From contig JALAGF010002605.1 of assembly GCA_030167865.1 (NCBI GenBank), positions 1 to 64,000 on the forward strand: a stretch of 64,000 bases of DNA. Reading direction: 5' to 3'. The DNA is from Craspedostauros australis. Taxonomy: Eukaryota. Position 1 is the stretch's first letter; each line of letters begins with the position of its first letter. The notes under the pieces were generated by a model. That model saw nothing but the letters and a program-made list of their open reading frames with translations. It was not told the DNA's origin and did not search any database. The translations under genes were made by a program, and so were the position numbers. Positions 44,740-54,200 of this stretch are shown here, in pieces.

Positions 44740-45783
44740 TCAGCCCAACGCATCGTCCACCTTCTTCTGATTGATGTACTCCACCCCCTTCGGCAAAACT
44801 GGGAGGCCCGGATTGATGTCCTTGCCCATGAGTTCATCGGACGACTTCAATCCACGACGTAGCTGATTCTCATCAAAGATGATCTTGCGTAACTGCCCCT
44901 GCGTCGCTTCGTCGTAGTCCGAGATGTGCCGTCTGGAATCCACCAAGTCCGTGTCGATCTTCTCGTCGCCTTCCACGATGGTGTTCCAGAATGTCTTCTT
45001 GATCTTGTTGAGGGTGAGCACCAGCACTCCACCTTCCAAGATCCACGTCGATTCGTCGGTGCGGACCTTGTCCGTGAGCTTGCCATCGAGGAAGACGAAG
45101 GGATCGTCGCCGACGATCGGCTTCTTGGATTTGACAGTTACGGAGGTTGATGCGATCTTGACGTCGAGATCCTTGGCACGGAAGTTGTTGGGAATGCCAA
45201 CGAGCACGCTGCACTCTTCCAGGGTCTGCGTCCATTTGTATTTGGGCGTCGAACCGCCGTTGCCCACCGGGATTTGCAAGCCTTCCTCGTTGTAACGCAC
45301 GTCGGCCATGTTCCCGATCTGCTCGCGTTCGTTGGTGGACTTGGTCGGCGCGGTGTCTGCGGACTTTTCTGTGGTGGTGGTGGTGGTGGTGGTGGTGGTG
45401 GTGGTCGCTGTCTTGCTTGGCTCCGATTTGGACGCGGCCGCTGCTGCCTTTGGTGGCGCTGGTGATGCGGCGTTGCTCGCGGCTGGTTTGGCCTGCGGTG
45501 GTATGCGCCGCAGCGGGAACTGACGGAACGCAGCCAGCAACAGCCGTTCCGCGTCACCCTCCTTGAATCCCATGGACGGTGCGCTGCCTGCCTTGACATC
45601 ATCCGCATGAGGCACCAGGTAGAAATCCGTGCGGCGGTGCAGGAAGTTGAAGAAGACGAACATGAGCTTGCGCAGATCGCCGCACTGCTGCGTCAACGCG
45701 ATCAGCGGTGCCTCGAGCTGTGCCAGCAGCTTGGGGTCCATGCCTGCGGATGCGCCGGCGGTCGTTGGGAAAGGGAGGCTCAT
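44740..45783 (-). CDS. NUDC: NudC-family co-chaperone (Nudc_N + CS domain)
   Basis: FFNFLHRRTDFY; PVGNGGSTPKYKWTQTLEE; DESTW; ATQGQLRKIIFDENQLRRGLKSSDE. Confidence 0.9.
   Translation of the reverse strand: MSLPFPTTAGASAGMDPKLLAQLEAPLIALTQQCGDLRKLMFVFFNFLHRRTDFYLVPHADDVKAGSAPSMGFKEGDAERLLLAAFRQFPLRRIPPQAKPAASNAASPAPPKAAAAASKSEPSKTATTTTTTTTTTTTEKSADTAPTKSTNEREQIGNMADVRYNEEGLQIPVGNGGSTPKYKWTQTLEECSVLVGIPNNFRAKDLDVKIASTSVTVKSKKPIVGDDPFVFLDGKLTDKVRTDESTWILEGGVLVLTLNKIKKTFWNTIVEGDEKIDTDLVDSRRHISDYDEATQGQLRKIIFDENQLRRGLKSSDELMGKDINPGLPVLPKGVEYINQKKVDDALG
45370..45404. repeat. (GTG)n trinucleotide repeat encoding poly-Thr in NudC
   Basis: Seen directly in the sequence. Confidence 0.9.
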
Positions 45784-46435
45784 GGTTGGTTGTTGGTTGG
45801 TTGTTGGTTGGTTGTTGGTTGGTTGTTGGTGTTGATATCGGCGGTGCGTTGGATTGTGGCTGTCGCTGGATTGATGGAGTGATGTGCGGCAAGGATTAGA
45901 GCGAGGGCGAGTGGGAGTGGGAGTGGGTTGCAACTGTGTTGGTGGCATTCGCCTTCCCTTTCTTTGTGTTTGGGCGCAAGAGGAATGAGGCGAAGTGTCA
46001 CGTTTCGCAACAGGCCAAATCAAACTAGAACTACTCTCACACTTCGACCGTGGTTTTATAGCCTATGTCTGACCGACGACCGTCACATGTTCATTCTTCG
46101 AAGAAAAAACTCGAAACGCAGGCGAAGCCAAATTCGCTGTTGCTGGAATTTCCCCGACCCACTCGAGTAACTCTGTGGAGCATCATCGTGGTCGTCGCTC
46201 GCAAGAGGATCCACACACCCAAACCCATCACCACCATCCCGAACACCGCAAACAACGCAAACAACGCAAGTTTGAATCGGAGGGAGACCAAACACACAGA
46301 CCGACCATTGACGCGCAACCCTGCGACTATTCTGTGACATCGACCACAACATCGTCACATTCAATCACACTCCATCCCATTCCATCCTCATAAACTCCCC
46401 AAGACCATTCAAGAAGAGACGAACAAAGAACGACC

Positions 46436-48295
46436 ATGAGCGAGGAAGAACCAAAGACAGAGACCCCTCCAGAGGAGGCGAAGAAGACTGAGGAGACCAC
46501 CGAGGCAGGGGCAGGGGCATCAGAGGCAGGGACATCAGAGGCAGAGGCAGAGGCAGCCACGGACGCAAAGACTGAGGAGGAGGCCAAGAAGGAGGCCGAG
46601 CAGACGATCAAGAAGAAGGAGGACAGCGAGGAGCTCACGCGACGGCTGCAGAAGCTGGCGCTCGAACGCCAAAAGGCGAGCACCGGAGACAGGCTGAAGG
46701 TCATCCAGAGCGACCAATCCTCCCATCTCACCGGCGCCAAGACCTTCCAGGAGCTCAACCTCCCCAAGCACCTGCTGGACGCCATCTTCGCCATGGGCTT
46801 CGATCGTCCGTCGGCCATCCAGGAGGAGGCCCTGCCCCGCATCCTCGCCGATCCGCCGCGCAACCTCATCGGACAGGCGCAGTCCGGAAGCGGAAAGACA
46901 GCTGCCTTCACCCTCGGCATGCTCTACCGCATCAACATCGATGACCCAGCCACAACGCAGGCCATCTGCGTCACTCCCACGCGCGAGCTCGCCAACCAGA
47001 TCTTCGAAAAGGCCGTCAAGCCCATGGCCGACAACATGATGGGCCTCAAGATCCAGCTGGCGATCGCCGGTACGCAGCTGGCACGGGGACAGAGAGGCAT
47101 CGATGCCCACATCGTCATCGGAACGCCAGGAAAGATCGTCGAATGGCTCAAGCGCAAGGTCATCAAAACAAACAAGATCAAGGTCTTCGTGCTCGACGAG
47201 GCCGATAACATGGTGGACGAGGGAGGCCACCGCGCCAACTCCGCGCTCATCAAGAAGATGATGCCCAAGAACTGTCAGAGTCTTCTCTTTTCGGCCACCT
47301 TCCCGGAGGAGGTCGTCAAGTTCGCCTCCAAGATGGTGCACAATCCCGACAAGATCCTCATCGAGGATGGTCCTGAATTCCTGGTACGTCTTCTTTGCAT
47401 TAGGTTTACGAGTATTTTCGTGCTTGTTTGGTTCATTGATTGATTGATTGATTGATTGGTTGGTTGGTTTTGCCTATCAATCCATCGCGCTGTGCCATGA
47501 CAGAAGTCTCCGTCGATTTGTTGCATGAAACAGGAGCGCTTTGTGCCTTCGATTCAATCAGCACTTCTTGTAATATCTCACACTCATAATATTACCTCAA
47601 TGCATTTCGATGATAACGGTGACAACGGCGCGTGCTCCTATTCTGCACTGCTACGGCAATTGATGCGTCCAACGAATATTGACGAATGTGACACCGTGGC
47701 ATATTCGCGCGCTCCGCAATGTTGCTTGTTCCGACTGATTTGACAGGTCCTGGATGTCATCAAGCAGCTATGGATCGATACCAGAGGGTACGATGGCGGC
47801 AAATTGCAGTTTCTGTCAGATATTTACTCCCTCCTCACACTCGGGCAGAGCATCGTCTTCGTCGGAACAAAACGCGACGCAGACCAGGTGCACAGAACGC
47901 TGGAGAATGAGGGATACACATGCTCCGTGCTGCACGGTGCCGTCGACGGAGCCATGCGCGACGCAACAATGGAGGCATTCCGCAAGGGCGAGAGCAACGT
48001 CCTCATCACAACCAACGTCCTGGCGCGTGGTGTCGACGTCGATAACGTTTGCCTGGTTGTCAACTACGATGTTCCTGTGGATGGCAACAGAGAACCGGAT
48101 TTCGAAACCTACCTTCACAGAATTGGACGTACTGGCCGTTTCGGACGCAAGGGTACCGCCATCAACCTCATCAATGACGCGCAGTCCTTGAATGTTCTTG
48201 CCGCCATCGAAGGTCACTTCGCTCGTGACGGCAAGGAGATGATTGAGAAGGCAGATGCTGATCCGGAAGGCCTCGCGGATGTCATTGAGATCTAA
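46436..48295 (+). CDS. DBP5: DEAD-box RNA helicase Dbp5/DDX19 (mRNA export); exons 46436-47383, 47747-48295
   Basis: RPSAIQEEALP..PPRNLIGQAQSGSGKT; PTRELA; DEAD; FSAT; ITTNVLARGVD; YLHRIGRTGRFGRKG. Confidence 0.95.
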
Positions 48296-49016
48296 GCATA
48301 AGCATACTCGTACATGTGGCACGATTATCATGCATGCTTTTTCTCAAGTTCCTCTTTGCGCGGCGAGGCTGGATCAGAGCAGAACTCTCTATGGGAGAGC
48401 AGCATTGGTGCGGAAATAAATATATGCATGCTGGTGCTGCCACTCCGCAGGTGATCAGCGCAATCAATCGATCAACAAGATCCATCCAACCGAGAGATCG
48501 TAGCGAAACATGCCGAACGACGAATTGGAGTTAAAACTATGACGAATGGAAATACAAATATAATATAATGTAACGCTTAATAGTGGAACACAGCCCTCGA
48601 TCATTGATGTGTGTGTGTCAACACTCACGAAGGTGCATGGGATGGAGTGTTTGACAGTGCCGGAGGAGTCCTCCTGTTTGAATCATGTCTTCTTGGGTCT
48701 CTTGCCCCGTTGCTTGTAGCTTGATGACGATGGTTTGGTTGAAGTTGTCGATTGTGCATCAGGTTTCGGTGTTGTTCTTGTCAACATGATGTGGATCGTG
48801 ACGATGACGCAAAAATGACCCACAAACAAACACAAACGCCAAACACGACACGTCAAAATAGAATTCCGAACGATCATCACCTTCGCACAACAACAGAACA
48901 TCAACGACAACTGCAGAACAAACGCATCAAGCAATGGGCAAACCCGCACAATCATAATCACAGCATACTCGTACTCGTAATCTACCACATATCCATCGAA
49001 TTCACATCCTCATCAA

Positions 49017-49835
49017 ATGCCAACCTTACGAGCCCTCGGTTTCTGCGGAGCCGACGATTCCGTCGATCCCAACCTCCTCGCCATCTACAGCAGGATGTAC
49101 CCCGTCATTGAATTCGGCGTCCTCTTCCGTCCCGACAAGGCAGGAACACCGCGCTACGCCTCCGATGCTTGGGTTCAGCGCCTTGTGAAGGTGCGGGCCT
49201 CCTGCGATGGCTTCCTGCAGCTCGCCGCCCATCTGTGCGGATCACGCGTCAACGAAGTTCTGACCGGCGACGACGCCTTCCTGGTCCAATTATCGCAGTG
49301 GGGATTCCGACGCGTCCAGATCAACGCGACGCAGGTCAACGGCGTTGATACCTCCCGATTAGCGCAGAGTGTACCGGATATGCTTTCCTCTATCGTCAAG
49401 CATCCCGAATTGGAGTTCATCTTGCAAAAGAACGAGGAGACGCAACCGCTTTGGCAAGGACTGCTGCATTGCGCCGAGCCCTCATCGGGTGGCGTGGATC
49501 GTCTGCCCAGCAACGTCTCCATGCTGGTCGACGAATCCAAGGGCACGGGTATGTTGGCATCCTCCTGGCCACGACCACCAACCGAGTATCGCATCGGGTA
49601 TGCCGGAGGGATCGGTCCCAGCAACGCTGCGAAGGTCCTGGATGATATTGTGAAGGTGGGCAGTGATGCGACCACAACGAACGGTGAGGAGACGTCGTTC
49701 TGGATTGACATGGAAAGCAGCTTGCGCAGCATAAAGAACGACAAGGACGTGTTCGATCTGGACAAGTGCTACGAGGTCGTCCAGGCAACGTGCGCGGCTG
49801 GGTTGATGCAGCATCCAGAATTTTTGAAGGAGTGA
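49017..49835 (+). CDS. Phosphoribosylanthranilate-isomerase-like (TrpF-fold) TIM-barrel protein of uncertain function, intronless
   Basis: FCGADDS; IEFGVL; PRYAS; AAHLCG; RRVQIN; LVDESKGTG; GYAGGIGPSN; WIDMESSLR; FDLDKC. Confidence 0.72.
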   Translation: MPTLRALGFCGADDSVDPNLLAIYSRMYPVIEFGVLFRPDKAGTPRYASDAWVQRLVKVRASCDGFLQLAAHLCGSRVNEVLTGDDAFLVQLSQWGFRRVQINATQVNGVDTSRLAQSVPDMLSSIVKHPELEFILQKNEETQPLWQGLLHCAEPSSGGVDRLPSNVSMLVDESKGTGMLASSWPRPPTEYRIGYAGGIGPSNAAKVLDDIVKVGSDATTTNGEETSFWIDMESSLRSIKNDKDVFDLDKCYEVVQATCAAGLMQHPEFLKE

Positions 49836-50380
49836 GGCGGGGGAGCGCTTGTGCGATGCTCGTGCACTCGCAGCAAGTCCCTCCGATTTTCACAACTGGC
49901 TAAATGTAGTTAAATATTATCCCACTGCCATAAGGCTTCAACAGATCGCAGAGTATGGCAAGAAGATCAATTTATGTGAGGAGAGAGTTGAAGGTGGCAA
50001 CGTGAGAGATTTGTTGGCTTGCACTGTTTTTGGCGCGGTTTTAGCTGGTAGATTGTAGACTTCTGGATCATGTGACAGTATCCACGACTTGACATCCGCC
50101 CACAACCAACCAACCAACGCGAACAACACCAACATCACCAAAGCAGATCCACCAACCAACACATCTTCGGACACACGCACCAAGCACATCAACAAGGTCT
50201 CATCCAGCAGCAGGGGTTCATCCTTCCTCGATTTGGAACATTCAGGAGTGGATTATGACCACTCTGTTCTCCTAATCTCTACTACTTTCAAAGTCACAAC
50301 CGTCAAGTCAAGCAAGGTCACGCAATCCACGTACTCCAGAGTAGAGCACTGCAGATCACTGCAGAGAACAAGAGCAGATC

Positions 50381-52148
50381 ATGGGAGAAACAACCGAAGA
50401 ACGCAAGAGACGCAAGGAGGATGCCCGGCAGAAGAAGCGTCAAAGGATAGAAGCAGCCGGCGGTGTGCGTCCTCGCGAGGTATCGGAAACGAAGGACAGT
50501 GCCAAAGGCAATCAGAATTCGAATGCTGGCGGTGATGCACGTGGCAGCAATAACAGCAGCTACAACAACAACGGCAACAGCAACTACAACAACAACGGAG
50601 GCTACAACAACAATCACCAGCGCAAAGACCATCGCAAACGCAAGGATGGATTCCAGCAACGATCGCGGTTTGGCCGTGTCATGGAGACCGTGCCATGCCG
50701 AAACCGTCCTCGTTACTCGACGCTGAGCATCGCGGTCCCAGGCAGCGTCTTGTCTAACTGCCAAACCAGAGAGCTCAAGACTTTGATGGTGGGACAGATC
50801 GCGCGTGCTGCGACGATCTATCATGCGGATGAGATCATCGTGTTCGACGATAAGCTTGGCAAAGACCAAGGCAGGGATGGATATTACCGACCCGGTGGCT
50901 GGAAACGTCGGGACCATCGTCACAACAACGATCGTGAACGATCCAGCGATCGTGGTGAGAACAGCAACAGCAGCAACAATAACACTGAAGCTGCACCAAC
51001 AGCAGAGGATGAGCCACCGAAACCACGGTTCGAGCGATCCACTCCTCAAGAATTCATGGCGCGGTTGCTGCAATACTGCGAATGCCCGCAGTATCTGCGT
51101 CGCAATTTCTTTCCCATGCATCCGGATTTGCAGTTCGCTGGATTGCTGGCACCAGTTGATGCGCCACATCACGTGCGAGCAAATGACAAGAGCAAGTATC
51201 GCGAAGGTGTCGTGATGGACAAGAAAGGAGCGAACGGCGGTTCTATGGTCAACTGCGGCATTCGGAGTCGGCCGGTCGAGTGAGTCTTGTGCTGTGTTGT
51301 GTTGTGTTGTGCTACGCTGTGAGATAGTGTGTCGTCCTCTCTCATATTTTACGCAATGTGAATTGTCGATGCCTGTGCTGCTGCCTTCGCCTGTGGCGTC
51401 TGTTTGCCTTCGACGAAGCACATGGCGAGCACGCAGCATCTTGCCATGCCGCAGTGTGCCGCCAATCTCATTCCTTCTCTCACACATGCTTGGCTGTTTT
51501 TGTTCGTCGCACATCACGCACACATACGTACTCACTCTGTTCCACTCACTCCATTCCAATCATAGAATTGACCGAGCCTTGTCCCCTGGCATCCGATGCA
51601 CTGTGCAGCTCAACCCGAAAGATTATGACCGCCCGGGTTTGATCCGTGGCACTGTGGTATCCCCGTCCGCGCCGCGCGAAGATGACGGCACCTACTGGGG
51701 GTATATCACCCGCATGGCATCCAGTATCAGTGACATCTTTGAGCAGTGCCCCTTCGGAGATGCATACGATTTGAAGATTGGCACGAGCGAACGCGGCGAT
51801 CGCTCCATCGAAGACAAGCAATTCCGTCTGCCCAAATACGAACATGCGCTGGTCGTGTTTGGTGGCGTTGCTGGGATCGAGGAATGCGTGGATGCTGACG
51901 AGAGCTTAAAGCTGCCTGGTGCGCAGAGCAAGGCTTTGTTTGATATTTGGCTGAACACTTGTCCGTATCAGGCCAGCCGCACCATCCGAACGGAAGAGGC
52001 CGTGCTGATCAGTCTCACCGCGTTGAGCGCGCCGTTGATCCGGTCGGCACGCGACACCGAGCTGGAGGAGTCGTCATCGGAGGAAGATGGTAACGGCGTC
52101 GAATTCAGCGACGAAGATCCATCGGACGAGAGCAGCGAAGAAGAATGA
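50381..52148 (+). CDS. SPOUT1: SPOUT-family RNA methyltransferase (C9orf114/DUF171); exons 50381-51279, 51566-52148
   Basis: TLSIAVPGSVL; GQIARAATIY; LQYCECPQYLR; PHHVR; YWGY; IGTSERG; LVVFGG; SRTIRTEEA. Confidence 0.93.
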
Positions 52149-52457
52149 TGTGGCAGCTACACGCAATGTACATAATATCGAAACAAGTGAAGCGAAGTGA
52201 GCACGAGATCGAATGACGTTGCAAGTACTAATAATCTATCCTAATAGCTTGTATCGCTAACGAAGCTACTAACACTCCAATACTGTACATTGTGCATTCG
52301 ACTCTCTCCAGAGAGAGAGAGAGAGAGAGGTCATATTATGTTCAACGACTGCGATGCTGTTGTCAAAATCCGATGTATGCATGGTCTTGTTTGTGTGTTC
52401 CTACGATCCTGCTCGTCTCCTTCGTTATTGGTTGATCTATATACTCGTATAAAACAG

Positions 52458-53399
52458 CTATTCCAGCATGGAGTTGCCATCTTCACCTCGGAGTGCGCCC
52501 CCTCTGGTGTCAACATTGAGTGTCTTTTCCAATTCAAAGACATCCAGTGAGACGCGGGTGACTTCATCATCAAGCCCTTGTGATCTGAAGTATTCCTCGA
52601 TGGTGTTGCTGACGATGTCCTTGGGAGGCGTGATTGGCGTTGGCATCGTAGCATCGTGCTCGGTGATGTTGGTCGGCTCAGGAGATGGAAACCCGGATCC
52701 GAGATTATCCGCAATAAGATGCTTGCTCCCGCAGCCTTTGCACACGACGATGACCATGCCCTTTTGGTACGCCAATCTCGAGACGCGATGGCAGTTACGT
52801 TCGTCGCAGACCTTGCAGGTGTACTGAAGTTGGAAGTGAGACGAGCCGACGAATGCCACCGGCGTTCCTTTCTTGCTGCCCGCTGATTTTTTGGCATCTG
52901 CAGCCGGTGGCTGTGACGGAGCATGAGCTGTCGTTGCAGCGGCAGAAGCTGCGGCGGACGACGATGCTGTCGGGATGACAGTCACCGATGAAGGTATTGA
53001 TTGCGCTGTTGGCGATGCGCTTGAGAATGACGATGATCCGATGGGCGGAAGCTGAGGGATTCTCTCTTGTTCATCGTCGTGACCATTCTTGTTTTTGCTT
53101 CTGTTGTCAGGATCTTCGCCATTCCCGCTGGGTTGGTTGGCATCGTCTTCATCGGAACTCCTGGCGTGAAGCTGCAAAAGCGAGGTCGCGTGCGATCGGA
53201 TGATGCGATCGGCAACCGCAAATCCATACGCCGCCGTGGAGTGTGAACAGCTGCTCTTGAGAGAGGTGAGTGAGGTGAGCGACGTGAAACCGCTGGTGAC
53301 ACCTGACAACATCAAGACAATGACGCAGGCAGCGAGCATTGGGGTGGTGGCGATGCACATTCGTTTCATTCTTCTTGTCGTGCTCGTCCTCGTGGTCAT
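52458..53399 (-). CDS. Plastid-targeted DNL zinc-finger protein (Hsp70 escort, Zim17/HEP-like)
   Basis: LQYTCKVCDERN..AYQKGMVIVVCKGCGSKHLIADNL; signal peptide LAACVIVLMLSGVTSG|F. Confidence 0.85.
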   Translation of the reverse strand: MTTRTSTTRRMKRMCIATTPMLAACVIVLMLSGVTSGFTSLTSLTSLKSSCSHSTAAYGFAVADRIIRSHATSLLQLHARSSDEDDANQPSGNGEDPDNRSKNKNGHDDEQERIPQLPPIGSSSFSSASPTAQSIPSSVTVIPTASSSAAASAAATTAHAPSQPPAADAKKSAGSKKGTPVAFVGSSHFQLQYTCKVCDERNCHRVSRLAYQKGMVIVVCKGCGSKHLIADNLGSGFPSPEPTNITEHDATMPTPITPPKDIVSNTIEEYFRSQGLDDEVTRVSLDVFELEKTLNVDTRGGALRGEDGNSMLE

Positions 53400-54158
53400 G
53401 AAGAGTGAATAATGAATGCGAGTAGAAGAAAGGAGATGTGCGCCCGTGATGCTGCTTGAACTTGCTGCTTGCGTTTGGATTTGAGCTTGAGTTGGAGTCG
53501 AATTTCCGTTCTGTTGTGATTAGGGCATGTGACGCGGGTGGATCTCTTGTGTTATGAGATCATCGACGGCAACATTGACGACAACATCGACGACAACGAC
53601 ATCAACAACGGCAACGATGGATGACACGGAGAGTTGATTCTGCGGCAGGAATAATGTTCGTCACCGCTATCTGTTGCCGAACTGCCGAAACTGGAGAAAA
53701 AATGACCAGAACATGATCTCGACCATCAACGTCTTTCTGTTGTTGATGTCACGATCCGACGTTTTGATTGGACAATCGAGTCACTATCAGAATCCAAACC
53801 GTGAATCGAATGGTGAAATAAATCGAACCAGTCGAGCAGACGTATCCAAATGATTCCTGTGAATCAAAATAGCATCAAACAAATGACATCGTGCCGTGTC
53901 GTTTTGTGTCGTGCAACGCACCAAAACAAGACGCGACAAAACGCGAGACGAACAGGGAGGGGGCAATTTTCTGCTGCCTGGCATCACGAATGCTGATGTG
54001 CACGAACCCAACCGCAAAGATCACCCTGCGCACATGTTCGTTCCGACCATAGATCGTACTCAAAGCAACATCTTGCATCGAACACTCGCTGTATAGTCCT
54101 CGCATCATCCATTGATTCGAAAAGAAGAGACTCGTGATCCCCAAATTTCATAAGATTG

Positions 54159-54163
<5 letters not shown>

Positions 54164-54190
<27 letters not shown>
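54164..54190. repeat. (GA)n microsatellite in the VAC14 5' region
   Basis: Seen directly in the sequence. Confidence 0.9.
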
Positions 54191-54198
<8 letters not shown>

Positions 54199-54200
54199 GC

